The notes: generated by a model from the letters alone, not told the origin. Shown: positions 12,244 through 24,928, numbered from the stretch's first letter. The stretch is 64,000 nt of DNA from Felis catus (GCF_018350175.1 NC_058368.1:29886001-29950000); one strand, 5' to 3'. Numbers and translations are program-made.

Positions 12244-12449
12244 TTTTTTTTAATGTTTATTTATTTTGAGAGAAAGAGAGCAGGGGAAGGGAAGAGGGAG
12301 AGTGAGAGAGAGAGAATCCCAAGCAGGCTCCACACAGCCAGCACAGAGCCAAACTTGGGGCTCAAACCCATGAACTGCGAGATTATGACCTGACCCCAAA
12401 TCAAGAGTCAGAAGCTTAACCTCAACCCACTAAGCCATCCAGGAGTTCC
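12244..12449 (-). mobile_element. Can-SINE, tail-to-tail with the preceding SINE
   Basis: Reverse-complement SINE tttatttattttgagagaaagagag...taagccatccaggagttcc. Confidence 0.92.
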
Positions 12450-13558
12450 TGCTGTACATTCTTAATACATTCACTCTTTGAGGAATATCAGCTTTTTCAA
12501 GGCTGGGAGCTCTAGAGGAAAGGCTGAGAAATAAATCTCAAATGGAGAGGAACGGCCTGGCATCATACAAGTTGTTTGCTGGCTGGACTCCCTAAGACAT
12601 TTGTCCTCATTTTCTCCAACTGTAAAACAAAGGTGCTGGACCACTTGACCTTACATATTGTTTCCAGCTCCTTTGTCATCTCATTTCCTCCCCAGAGAAG
12701 TTGGGAAGATTCCACTGGCAAAGATTAATGGTTAGAATCTCTCAGAGTCTCTCAGGGGTTCACACCCCAACAAAGTGTAGGCACTGTAAATACTTGATCA
12801 AAGTCCATTAGAATCAGTTATCTGATAGTTAATATCTGAGAAACTGATTGGATTGCTGTATGAGCCTTCTAATTTAGTTAAGATGGCCGAAAAAATTGGA
12901 TTGACCTTTTAGTAGTGATTAAATTGAATCAATGCTGGCTTCTCATTCTGGTTCTGTTATCAGAATATAATCATGAGATTTGTAGAAAGGTGTCTGTTGC
13001 CCCAAATCTACACTGTAGGTGAAATAAAGAATTTGGCTGACCTCTATACCAGGTTCCTGGGAGGTAACGTCTAAATCGTTGGAGTTTCCCAAGTGGTAGG
13101 AGTATCTTGGTTACTCAGGGTGGGCCCCTTCAACCACACCTAATAGGTTTTTAAATTTTTTAAATTAATTAATTAATTAACTTATTAATTAAATTAACTT
13201 ATTGTTTAATTTACATCCAAATTAGATAGCATATAGTGTAACAATGATTTCAGGAGTAGATTCCTTAATGCCCCTTACCCATTTAGCCCATCCCCCCTCC
13301 TGAAACCCTTCCAGCAACCCTCTGTTTGTTCTCTATATTTAAGTCTCTTATGTTTTGTCCCCCTCCCTGTTGTTTATATTATTTTTGCTTCCCTTTCCTT
13401 ATATTCATCTGTTTAGTATCTTAAATTCCTCATGTGAATACAGTCATATGATATTTGTCTTTCACTGACTGACTAATTTTGCTTAGCATAATACCCTTCA
13501 GTTCCATCCATGTAGTTGCAAATGGCAAGATTTTTGTTTTGATCGATGAGTAATACTC

Positions 13559-13561
<3 letters not shown>

Positions 13562-13623
<62 letters not shown>
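13562..13623. repeat. (TG)n(TA)n compound microsatellite inside the L1 3' region
   Basis: Visible directly. Confidence 0.95.
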
Positions 13624-13626
<3 letters not shown>

Positions 13627-16600
13627 CATCTTCTTTATCCATTCAACTGTTGATGGACATTTCAGCTCTTTCCATACTTTGGCTATTATTGATAGTGCCG
13701 CTATAAACATTGGGGTGCAGTGCCCCTTCAAAACAGTATACCTGTATCCCTTGGATAAATACCTAGTAGTGCTATTTCTGGGTTGTAGGGTAGTTCTATT
13801 TTTAATTTTCTGAGGAACTTCCGTATTGTTTTCCAGAGTGGCTGCACCTGTTTGCATTCCCACCAGCAGTGCAAAAGAGATCCACTTTCTCCGCATCCTC
13901 GCCAACATCTGTTGTTGCCTGAGTTGTTAATGTTAGCCATTCTGACAGGTGTGAGGTGGCATCTCATTGTGGTTTTGATTTGTATTTCCTTGATGATGAG
14001 TGAGGTTGAACATTTTTTCATGTGTCCGTTGGCCATCTGGATGTCTTTGGAGAAGTGTCTATTCATGTCTTTTGCCCATTTCTTACTGGCTTATCTGTTT
14101 TTTGGGTGTTGAGTTTGATAAGTCCTTTATAGATTTTGGATACTAACCCTTTGTCTGATATGTTGTTTGCAAATATCTTCTCCCATTCTGTCGGTTGCCT
14201 TTTAGTTTTGCTGATTGTTTCCTTTGCTGTGCAGAAGCTTTTTTATTTTGATGAGGTCGCAATGTTCATTTTTGCTTTTGTTTCTCTTGCCTCTGGAGGT
14301 GTATTGAGTAAGAAGTTGCCGTGACCGAGGGCAAAGAGGTTTTTTTCCTGCTTTCTCCTTGAGGATTTTGATGGCTTCCTGTCTTACATTTAGGTCTTTC
14401 ATCCATTTTGAGTTTATTTTTGTGTATGGTGTAAGAAAGTGGTCCAGGTTCATTATTCTGCATGTCTCTGTCTAGTTTTCCCAGCACCACTTGCTAAAGA
14501 GACTGTCTTTATTCCACTGGATATTCTTTCCTGCTTTGTCAAAGATTAGTTGGCCATACGTTTGTGGGTTCATTTCTGGGTTCTCTATTCTGTTCCATTG
14601 ATCTGAGTGTCTGTTTTTGTGCCAGTACCATACTGTCTTGATGATTATAGCTTTGTAATACAGCTTGAAGTCCAGGATTGTAATGCCTCCAGCTTTGGTT
14701 TTCTTCTTCAAGATTGATTTGGCTATTTGTGGTCTTATCTAGTTCTATACACATTTTAGGATTGTTTATTCTAGTTCTGTGAAGAATGCTGGTGTTATTT
14801 TGATAGGGATTACATTGAATATGTAGATTGCTTTGGGGAGTATTGACATTTGAATGATATTTGTTCTTCCTATCCAGGAGCATGGAATCTTTCTCCATTT
14901 TTTTGTGTCTTCTTCAGTTTCTTTCATAAGCTTTCTATAGTTTCCTGTGTATAGATTTTTCACCTCTTTGGTTATGTTTATTCCTGGTATTTTATGTTTT
15001 TTTGGTGCAATTGTAGGATTTTTTAAATATTTATTTATTTTTGAGAGACAGAGACAGAGTATGAGCAGGGAAAGGTCAGAGAGAGAGAGGGGGAGACACA
15101 GCATCTGAAGCAGGCTCCAGACTCTGAGCTGTCAGCATAGAGCCCAATGCGGGCCTCGAACTCATGAACCCTGAGATCATGACCTGAGCCAAAGTCGGAT
15201 GCACAACTGACTGAGCCACCCAGGCACTGCTGTTTTTTGGTGCAGTTGTAAATGGGATCGATTCCTTGATTTACCTCTGTTGCTTTATTATTAGTGTATG
15301 GGAATGGAACTGATTTCTGTGCATTGATTTTATATCCTGTGACTTTGCTGAATTCATGTATCAGTTCTAGAAGTTTTTTGGTGGAATATTTTGGGTTTTT
15401 CATACAGAGTATCATGTCATTTTTCCAGGAGGAAAGACTGACCTCCTCCTGGCTGATTTGGATGCCTTTTATTCCTTTGTGTTGTCTGATTGCTGAGGCT
15501 AAGACTTTCAATACTATGTTGAAAAAGAGTGGCAAGAGTGGGCATCCCTGTCTTGTTCCTGACCTTAGGGGGAAAGCTCTCAGTGTTTCCCCATTGAGGA
15601 TGATATTAGCAGTAGGTCTTTCATATATGGCTTTTATGATCTTGAGGTATGATCCTTCTATTCCTACAGGATGCTGTATTTTGTCAAATGCGTTCTTTGC
15701 GTCTATTGAGAGGATCATGTGGCTCTTGTCCTTTCTTTTACTGATGCGATGTATCACATGGATTAGTTTGTGGATATTGAACCAGTCCTGCATCCCAAGT
15801 ATAAATCCCACTTGGTTGTGGTGACTAATTCTTTTAATGCATTGTTGGAGCCAGTTGGCTAGTATCTTGTTGAGGATTTTTGCATCCATGTTCATCAGGA
15901 AATTGGTCTGTAGTTCTCCTTTTTAGAGGGGTCTTTGTCTGGTTTTGGAATCAAGGTAATGCTGACTTCATAGAAAGAGTTTGGAATTTTTCCTTCCAAT
16001 TCTATTTTTTTGGAACAGCTTCAAAAGAATGGGTGTTACCTCTTCTTTAAATGTTTGGTAGAATTCCCCTGGAAAGCCATCTGGCCCTGGACTCTTGTTT
16101 TTTTTTTTAGGATATTTTTGATTACTAATTCAGTTTCTTTACTGGTTATGGGTCTGTTCAAGTTTTCTATTTCTTCCTGTTTCAGTTTTAGTAGTGTATA
16201 TGTTTCTAGGAATTTGTCCATTTCTTTCAGATTGCCCATTTTTTTTTTTTGGTGTATAATTGCTCGTAATATTCTCTTACTATTGTTTGTATTTCTGTTG
16301 TGTTGGTTGTGATCTCTCCTCTTTCATTCTTGATTTTATTTATAGGGGTCCTTTCCTTTTTCTTTTTGATCCAACTGGCTAGTGGTTTGTCAATTTTGTT
16401 AATTCTTTAAAAGAACCAGCTTCTGGTTTCATCGATCTGTTTTTTTTTTTTTTTTTTTTTTTTTTGGTTTTGAAAGCATTGATTTCTATTCTAATCTTTA
16501 TTATTTCCTGTCTTCTGTTGGTTTGGGTTTTATTGCTGTTCTTTTTCTTCTTTGAGGTGTAAGGTTAGGATGTGTATCTGAGATCTTTCTTCCTTCTTTA

Positions 16601-17510
16601 GGAAGGCCTGGATTGCTATGTACTTCCCTTTTATCACTACCTTTGCTGCATCCCAGAGGTTTTGGGCTCTGGTGTTATCATTTTCATTGGCTTTCATGTA
16701 CTTTTTAATTTCCTCTTTAACTTCTTGGTTGGACCATCATTCTTTAGTAGGATGGTCTTTAGTCTCCAAGTATTTGTTATCTTTCCACATTTTTTCTTGT
16801 GGTTGATTTCGAGTTTCATAGCATTGTGGTCTGAAAATATGCACGGCATGATCTTGATCTTTTTGTACTTGTTGAGGGCTGATATTTGTCCCAGTATGTG
16901 ATCTATTCTGGAGAATGTTCCATGTGCACTGGAGAAGTATGTGTATTCTGCTGCTGTAGGATGAAATGTTCTGAATATATCATTAAGTCCATCCAGTCCA
17001 GTGTATCATTCAAAGCCATTGTTCCTTGTTGGTTTTCTTTTTAGATTATCTGTCAATTGCTTAAGTGGGGGTGTTGAAATCCCCTACTATTATGGTATTA
17101 TTATAAATGAGTTTCTTTATGTTTGTTATTAATTGATTTATATATTTGGGTTTTCCCACATTTGGAGCATAAATATTTATAATTGTTAGGTATTCTTGGT
17201 GGATAGACCCCTTAATTATGATCTAATGTCCTTATTCATCTCTTGTTACAGTCTTTATCTTAAAATCTAGATTGTCTGATAGAAGTATGGCTACTCTGGC
17301 TTTCTTTGACAACAATTAGCATGAAAGATTGTTCTCCATCCCCTTGTTTTCAATCTGAAGGTGTCTTTAGGTCTAAAGTGGGTCTCTTGTAAACAGCATA
17401 TAGATGGATCTTATTTTCTTATCCATTCAGTTACCCTATGTCTTTTGATTGGAGCATTTAAACATTTGATGTTTAGAATGAGTACTGAAAGATATGAATA
17501 TATTGCTACT
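13600..17510 (-). pseudogene. L1 ORF2 (endonuclease/reverse transcriptase) pseudogene
   Basis: EN start (SVLILNIKCLNAPIKRHRVTEWIRK), RT and C-terminal CCHC fragments scattered over several frames; SINE insertion, frameshifts, FADD motif reads WKND. Confidence 0.93.
15018..15227 (-). mobile_element. Can-SINE inserted in L1 ORF2
   Basis: SINE body; TSD tgttttttggtgca(a/g)ttgta at ~14995-15015 and ~15231-15250. Confidence 0.95.
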
Positions 17511-17619
17511 ATGCTGCCTGTAGAGTTGGAGTTTCTGGTGGTGTTCTCTGGTCCTTTCTGGTCTTTGTTGCTTTTGGTCTTATTTTTTTTTTTCATCTTT
17601 TCTCCCCTCAGAGAGTCCC

Positions 17620-18316
17620 CTTAAAATTTCTTGCAGGGCTGGTTTAGTGGTCATGAACTCCTTTAATTTTTTTTGTAGGTTAAGGGCTTTTTTCCCTTGC
17701 TGCTTTCATGATTCTTTCCTTACCTGAGTATTTTGTGAATTTGACTGTGGATATGCCTTATTGATGGTTGGTTTTTGTGGAAGCTAATGGGATTTTTCTA
17801 TGCTTCCTAGATTTTGATGTCTGTGTCTTTCCCCAGGTGAGGAAAGTTTTCTGTTATGATTTGCTCACATAAATTTTCTACCCCTTTTTTTCTTTCTCAT
17901 CTCCTGGGACCCCTATGCATCTAATGTTATTTCTTTTTAATGAGTCACTGAGTTCTGTAATTCTTATTTTGTGCTCTTTTGCCTTAGTCTCCCTCTTTTT
18001 TTCTGCTTCATTATTCTCCATAAGTTTGTCTTCTGTATCTCTGATTAGCTGCACTGCCTCATCCTTCCTTGCCTCCATGGCGTCCATTCGAGATTGCAGC
18101 TCATTTATAGCTTTTTTTTATTTTATCCTGACTTGCTTTTACTTCTTTTATCTTCACAGGAAGGGATTCTAATGTATTTTCAATGCCAGCTAGTATTCTT
18201 ATTATCGTGGTTCTAAATTCTGGTTCAGGCATCTTGCTTGTATCTGTGTTGATTAAGTCCCTGGCTGTTGCTTCTTCATGTTCTTTCTTTTGGGGTGAAT
18301 TCCTTCATTTTGTCAT
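17620..18316 (-). pseudogene. L1 ORF1 pseudogene
   Basis: ATG ACA AAA TGA (stop at codon 4) at 18316; fragment ...ELSDSLKRNNIRCIGVPG matches L1 ORF1p; apparent deletion near 17670. Confidence 0.85.
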
Positions 18317-18594
18317 TTTGAAGGAGGAAAAGGAATTAATAAAGTAAAAAAATTAAAAATTAAAGACAACACAAAGAAATCAAATATAGGATGCTAAATC
18401 ATAGGTCTGGTTGTTGAAAGGAGTTTGATAGCTTAGAGGAAAAAGGTAAAGAGAAAGAAAGGGGAAAAAAGGGGGGGAGGAAAATGTTTGCAAATTTGAA
18501 GAAAATGAATACGATAAAATAGAATAAAATGAAATGATGAAAGTAAAATAGAATTTTAAAAATTTACAAAAAAATAAGAAATATAATAGAAAAA

Positions 18595-18808
18595 ATTTTT
18601 TAATTTTTAAAAAACGTTTATTCAACTTTGACACAGGTAGAGTGCAAGCAGGCAGGGGCAGAGAGAGAGAGGGAGACACAGAATCTGAAGCAGGCTCTAG
18701 GCCCGGAGCTGTCAGCACAGAGCCCGATGAGGGGCTGTAACCCATGAACCATGAGATCATGATCTGAGCTGAAGTAGGATGCTCGACTGACTGATCCACC
18801 CAGGAACG
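18595..18808 (-). mobile_element. Can-SINE inserted in L1 5'UTR
   Basis: SINE body; flanked by aagaaaaat(c)tttttaat on both sides. Confidence 0.92.
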
Positions 18809-19080
18809 ACTAAAGAAAAATCTTTTTAATAAAAATGGAAAATAAAAATAAATTTTTTTCTCTTTCTGTATTCAAGAATAAGAAAAGAAAAGAAAAAGAA
18901 AATAAATTGAATAAAAGGACCAGCGAACAGAATGAAATATGATTGAAATTACCTCATTTTTCCCTAGAAGTCAAACTATGAAGCACTTTATAGTCTGTAA
19001 ACTAACCAGGTGGAGAGACTTGAGGTGCTGTGAAGATCACAGTTGGCCCAGTTGGGCAGGTTTTAGTGTAATAGCTCTAT

Positions 19081-19100
19081 TCTCCACTAGGTGGCGCTGC
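19081..19100 (+). promoter_or_regulatory. CTCF-like motif in L1 5'UTR
   Basis: tctccactaggtggcgctgc closely matches the CTCF core CCASYAGRKGGCRS. Confidence 0.6.
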
Positions 19101-20191
19101 TTAGCTTACTGGGGTGGATTGTTGTGGCGCTTGTAGGTGCGCATGTGCATGTGCGGAAGGGGTGAAAATGGCATCACCCACCTACCCAGTCTCTAGTGTT
19201 GGAGCTCTGTTCTCCCCCACCAGCAATTGTGCACCCCTCCTTTGTCTCCGGCTTCCGTCCACTCCCCGCTTCTACACTATCCGTGACCAAGCTGTCAGCC
19301 TGCCAGGTGGCACCTTCCTCCTGAGTTTTATCTCAGATGCAGCTGTGTTTGCCAACCCCTTACTTCTGAGGGACTGCGGTTTTGACCCGCTCAGACCCTC
19401 TGGGGGAGAGTGTCACCAACTGGCTGCTGGCTGCACCCAGGAATGTTCGGGAGACTGTGCTGCTACCAATGCCTGGAGACTGCGGGTGGGTCCAGCCGGC
19501 CCCAGAAAAATGCACGCAATCATGTGGCAGCAGCGTTTCAGGGATTATGGTAAATCACAACATGCATCTGGCATCAGGCTTCACCCTTAACGTCCTTGTT
19601 CCAACACCAGTGAATGTGACTGATCTCCAGAGTCTGCTGGGACTTTAACCTGTGGGGACACAGTACATCCTTTACCAAATGTCCTCCCAGCAGAGGAACC
19701 GCCTCTGCCTCTGTGGCCTTTGGACCCCTTGGACCTTGCTGTCTGCTCCTGGGGATTTGCCCTTCCCACCAGAGCACTGCCAGGTATCGAGTTGCACTCC
19801 CCCTGTTTGTCGAGTTCTAATGGAATTTAAACCCTCTCCTTTCTCCTTTCTCCCTTTTTAGTTCAGTCCCTGCAGCTGTTTCCACTTTTCCACTTTCTTT
19901 CCAGGTGCTTTTGGGGGGATGTGCTTTTCCTGTACTCTTCCCCCCATCTCCGTCCTCTCTCCACAAGCAAAACCAGCTCCCTGCCCTCCGCGGCTTCTCT
20001 CTCCCCCAGTTCACCTCTCTGTGCCACATACCTGCTGAGTTCTGTGGTTCAGGTTTTGCAGATTGTTGTGTTAATCCTCAAATCAGTTTTCTAGGTGTGC
20101 AGGATGGTTTAGAGTTGATCTGGCTACATTTCATGGATGCAAGACACAAAAAAACTTCCATGCTATTCCTCCATCTTGGACCTTCCCTAGT

Positions 20192-20396
20192 GTTTTTTTT
20201 TTTTTTAATTTATTTTTGAAAGAGAGAGAGCATGAGTGGGAGAGAGGCACAGAGAGAGGGAGACAGAGAATCCTAAGCAGGCTACACGATGTCAGTGCAG
20301 AGCCTGAAGCAGGGCCCAATTCCATGAACAGTGAGATCATGACCTGAGCAGAAATCAAGATTTGGCCACTCAACTGACTGAGCCACCCAGGTATCC
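20192..20396 (-). mobile_element. Can-SINE abutting the L1 5' end
   Basis: SINE body; its TSD caaccacacctaatag lies at 20397-20412 and 13131-13146. Confidence 0.94.
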
Positions 20397-20758
20397 CAAC
20401 CACACCTAATAGTTTTTGATAATGAGGTCACCCAGGATATGGGTGACTACACCATAAAGACCAACTTGTGATTAGAGGTTTGGGGCTTTGGGCCAGTGAT
20501 ATCAGCCCAACCTCTGAGAAGAGAAAGGGGGCTGGTGACGGAGTTCAATCGAGTGGCCAGTGATTCAATTAATCAATGCCTACATGATGAAGTCCCAATA
20601 AAAACTCTAGATACTGAAGGTTGGGTAAACTTCCCTGGTTTGCAATATTCTTTCATATTACCACACATCAATGGTAGGGAGAGAGTCCCTGAGGAGGATG
20701 GAAGCTTCACGTTTAGGATTCTCCCAGACCTCACACTATAGGTCCCTCCCTTTGATTG

Positions 20759-20935
20759 TTTTTTTTTTTTAAGTTTATATATTTTGAGAGAGAGAGAGAG
20801 AGGTAGAGAACCAAGCAGGCTCAGCATTGACAGTGCGGTGCCCAATGTAGAACTCAATTCCACAAACCGTGAGACAGTGACCTGAGCCCAAATCAAGAGT
20901 TGGATGCCTAACCAGCTGAGCCACCAAGGCACCCC
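20759..20935 (-). mobile_element. Can-SINE inserted in the LTR
   Basis: SINE body; near-identical flanks cctccctttgat/cctctttgat. Confidence 0.9.
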
Positions 20936-21429
20936 TCTTTGATCTGTTCTGATTGGCATCTTTTTGCTATAATAAAACTGTAATCATCAGTGTAGTGCTT
21001 TCCTTAGTTCTGTGAATTATTCTAGCAAATTATTGAACCTGAGGGCGTAGTGGGAATAACCAAATTTGTAACCAGTGGGTGAGAAGTGAGAGTAGCATGC
21101 ATATCCTTAAACTTATAGCTGGTATCTGATATAAGGGCAGAGGACTGTGGCTTTAACCTGTGAAGTTTGGCCCAACTCCAGGTAGTAGGAAAAAGAAAAA
21201 ATAAGAAGCAAGAGGTTATGTGAAAGGCTGGCAGGTGGACAGAAGAAATTCCACAAGACATTAGGATATTCTTTCCACATATCCAGGACATGCTTTCCCA
21301 CATGTCTGTGGGCACCTCTCTCTGCTCTCTCCATCACTCTCTTGGGTCCCAATTCTCAATTCTGGAATAAGCCACTGGATTCTCCAGAGAGGCCTACTCA
21401 TGGTCTGATTGGTAGCCTTCAGAGTGAGC

Positions 21430-22165
21430 AGAATATTGATCCAGAGTATGTGCTCTGGAGAAGACTGCATGAGTTCAAATCCTGACATCACCATTAACCA
21501 GCTTTGTAACTTTGTTAGGAAAATTACTCATGCTCTCTGCCTATCTCTCATCTGTAGGATGGGGATAGTAACCCTACCTCATTAATTAAATGAGTAATTA
21601 TATGTAAAACACTTAAAAGTTGCACAGAATACAGGAAAATCTCTATTAATTATTATCATTCTTCTCCATTAGTATTACTCTTAGAGAAAGCATAATGTAT
21701 TGTAAAGGTTGTGGGCTTTGGAGAGAGACAGACCTGGATTCCAAATTCTGTCTCTGCCACCACCCTGCTGCATAACTTAGGGCAAGATATTCTAATTTCT
21801 CAATGCCCAATCTTTTAAAAAACTTTTTAAAAAATGTTTATTTCTGAGAGAAAGAGAGAGAGACAGAGTAGGAGCAGGGGAGGGTCAGAGAGAGGGCGAC
21901 ACAGAATCTGAAGCAGGCTCCAGGCTCTGAGCCGTCAGCACAGAGCCCATCATGGGGCCTGAACCCATGGACCATGAGATCACAACCTGAGCTGAAGTCG
22001 GATGCTCAACTGACTGAGCCACCAAGGCGCTCCCTCAACACCCAATTTTCCAATCAACACATTGGAGCCAATGATATTTAAAGGATTATCCAAGGCAGAG
22101 AAAGTAAGGTATCCCAAGCCCCTGACCCATGGTAAGTGTTCAGTGAATGGTAGCTATGATTACTA
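21430..22165 (+). mobile_element. MIR relics (two pieces, the second interrupted by a SINE)
   Basis: gctctggagaagactgcatgagttcaaatcctgac; gggctttggagagagacagacctggattccaaattctgtctctgcc. Confidence 0.65.
21813..22033 (-). mobile_element. Can-SINE
   Basis: SINE body; TSD ctcaatgcccaat/ctcaacacccaat. Confidence 0.93.
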
Positions 22166-24914
22166 GGTCCGTTGGTAGGTGTTCATAATTGATAAGATGC
22201 CTGCCAATGGTGTATGGAGTCTGAAACACGAGGAAATCTCGTAAAGGGTAGTAATAGACATTCAATAGTGGTATTGGTGAGTGTGTTCTTGGAGTCCCTG
22301 AACCTGAAGGAAGTCGGGTTACAGGGATATGCAGAATCAGCACAAAGTGGAGACCGTGGCCCAACGGTTAAGAGATCGGAGGGGGATGCAAGAGGCCTGG
22401 TGTCTCTCTAGGAGATGCTCCCACAGAGCAACCTGCAGGGCAAGCTCAGGGTTTGTCACCAGAAAGGTGAAATCCCGAGCTATTCCCCACAATGGGCTTT
22501 GTTCTTTATATGTCATGTTGTTTGTTTATTGAATAGGTATTTGACAGAAGTATACTCAGCAGAGCACATCAGCGGGGATGGTGTTTTACCAGCAAATAAA
22601 TTAGAATCATGGAGTTAGCTAAGGCATAACTAAGTACATGGCATAAATATGTCATTTGGCCATTATGAATTCATTCATGTATAGGGATCCTTAATGCATC
22701 TCTATCAAACCTTTAAATGAAAAGTTCTTTTTATAGCGGGCCTGTATTTTAATTACAGGCAGCAATAACATTAGCACAGCCTCCAGGAGTGGTGGCAGCC
22801 TGGCTGGTGCCCGGTTCACAGCTCTCCGTGAAAGCCCCTGCAGGCTGGAGGAGCACACCCAGCCCTGCTTGGCTCACACAGCCTGGCGGCTCCTGTTCCT
22901 TCTTCCCTCTGTCCTGCTTCTTTCTCCTCCACTTGATATGGAAAGTTGGAAGCATGGGGCTGGCAGGCGGTGTGAGGCAGGAGAGGAGAGCCGGATAAGA
23001 CCTTGGGGCTCAGCCAAGGCACACGAGGGGAATGAGGTGCTGGAATCAGTGGAACCCCCCTGGGAGGCCAAGGCAAACACTTCCAAAGTGCTCTTGACTG
23101 ACGCTTCAATCCCCCACTCCCTGCAGAGAAAGCTTTCTTTCCGAGGCTTGCAGCTGAAAGGACATTCACCCCCTCCCACTGCCTTTTGCCTGTGTTTTCC
23201 CCCTTGTGGGGAAGAAAGGAGGAAAAAGAGGTTAAGAAAGCAAAGAAAGGGACTGTCACAGCTCCCATTCCTTGGCTATCAATCATTTGTGGGGGGTGAG
23301 GAGGTGAGTTGGGGAGAAACCAGGAGGGGTGGAGGAAGGTCCCAAGCTTCTTGTTGAAAAGCTGAAAAGTTTCCATTTCTATTCAAATATTATTAACACA
23401 ATGGGAAAGAGCCATTTCACATGCTTTCTTATAAATAATTTGGACACTGAATGCAGCTTCGTGTGCTGTGTTCCTCTTCTCTGTCCAGCCCCACTCATAC
23501 CACACACATCTCTAATTGTCTATCTTGTCACCAGCAACCTCGGGAGCCTAGGATTCTTTTTCTTTCCCTTTTTTTTTCTTGACCAATTTAAAATGATTGT
23601 GTGGGAAGCTCACAAGATATGCCGGGAACTTCAGAAATCCCCACAGTAAATTCTGATGTCTGATGTAGGTCTTCAAAGAACTCATCTTAAAGGTTCTGGG
23701 GTAGACAATTTCAACTTTGCTATTTTGATTGGATGTTCATAGCATTTGCTCCCCCCACCCTCTTTTCACTTCCAAATAATGTAAGAGAGTTTAAAGGCAC
23801 CCAGGAAAAGAAACCAATTCCAATCAATTTATGTTACCCAAGTCCTTTCTTTTGCATGTAGGAAATAGAAAGAAGGCAAAAAATCTTTCGGTGATTACCA
23901 GGTTTGCCTGGAAACCAGAGCTTGTTGATTGAAGGCAGGCAGAAGACAGGCAAAGGAAACTTGACCTTGATGTCATCATACCCATTCAGTATCTCATCCT
24001 TCCCCATGAGAGTGTGAATTCTTTTCTCAGCAGAATCATTATACCCTTTTTTACTTTTGACATTGGGCACGGCCAATATATTCTTTTCCTTATCTTATAT
24101 TTACAGAAACATGCTATTTACATGATATTTAAAGGACATTTTAGATCATTGAGTGGGAATCTTTTCGAATGAGATTTGATTTTAGGAATTACTTTCTTCA
24201 CTTCTTCAGTTTTTGAAGGGGAAACAGAATATGGAGAGAAAGGTCTTATCTAAGAACACTCTGGAGTTAATTGTAGCAAAGGGATTAAACTCAACAAAGA
24301 ACAGACAAATGCCCAGTAGACTGCTGTAAACAATGGGCAAGTGATAAATCCCGATTATCTTGCCATCCTCCATTATTTTAATTCATCAGTAAATGCACTG
24401 TTATGTAGTAGGCTAGCCCTGGGAATACAGAGAATTGTCACTGGTGGGTGTCAGGAGGTATGTGCTCAGAGGAAAAATGGCAGCTGTAAGCGTGTCATTT
24501 CCAAAAGAGCAAAAGAAAAATGAGTAAGATAGCAAAAAGGTGCCAAGCCATGCCTGTGGTAGGCAGTGAGATTGCCCAGGTGGGCATGAGGGAAAATGTT
24601 CTTTCTAATTTGCTCTTTCTAATGCTCTTTCTAATATGAGTCCCTTATAGGCTAGAGGTGGCCCTGCTCCTGCACCATCCTGGCCAAGGGCTGAAGAATG
24701 GGGGTTATAGGGAGGGCGGTGGTAGGTGTCTGGCTGAGGAAGAGGTCTCTGAGTGAGCTCCAGACTGAGCAGCTCATGTGCTTCCAGCCCATCTGCCCAA
24801 GCCCTCATCTCCCCGGAAGCTCCTGCAAACCCTTGCAGTTTCCCCTGCTCTGGGCCTCAAAGGAGAGAGCTGAGGCATTCAGGACAATTTAACAGGGACT
24901 GTTGCATTGTGAGT

Positions 24915-24928
24915 GAGTGTGTGTGTGC

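Larger units (their letters stand above)
13150..20187 (-). mobile_element. Near-full-length carnivore/felid LINE-1 (5'UTR, ORF1, ORF2, 3'UTR), inactivated
   Basis: ORF fragments with L1 ORF2 motifs ([14 protein letters not shown]...[14 protein letters not shown]...[43 protein letters not shown]), ORF1 coiled-coil fragment at 17878-18087, GC-richer 5'UTR starting gggaaggtccaagatgg. Confidence 0.97.
13015..21187 (+). mobile_element. MER21/MER77-like ERVL-group LTR split by SINE and L1 insertions (pieces ~13015-13146, 20397-20758, 20936-21187)
   Basis: Sequence continues across the 16-bp TSD caaccacacctaatag; MER21-family motifs aataaaactgtaatc...ttctgtgaattattctagcaaattattgaacctgaggg...ctttaacctgtg...ctccaggtagt. 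Confidence 0.72.

Noticed and set aside
15035..15895. 286-aa RT-like ORF as a functional or novel reverse transcriptase
   Set aside because: Fragment of ordinary L1 ORF2 with a destroyed FADD motif, running into SINE sequence
22749..23376. Several overlapping 60-186 aa ORFs
   Set aside because: No homology I can recognise; open on both strands; no consistent acceptor/donor pair
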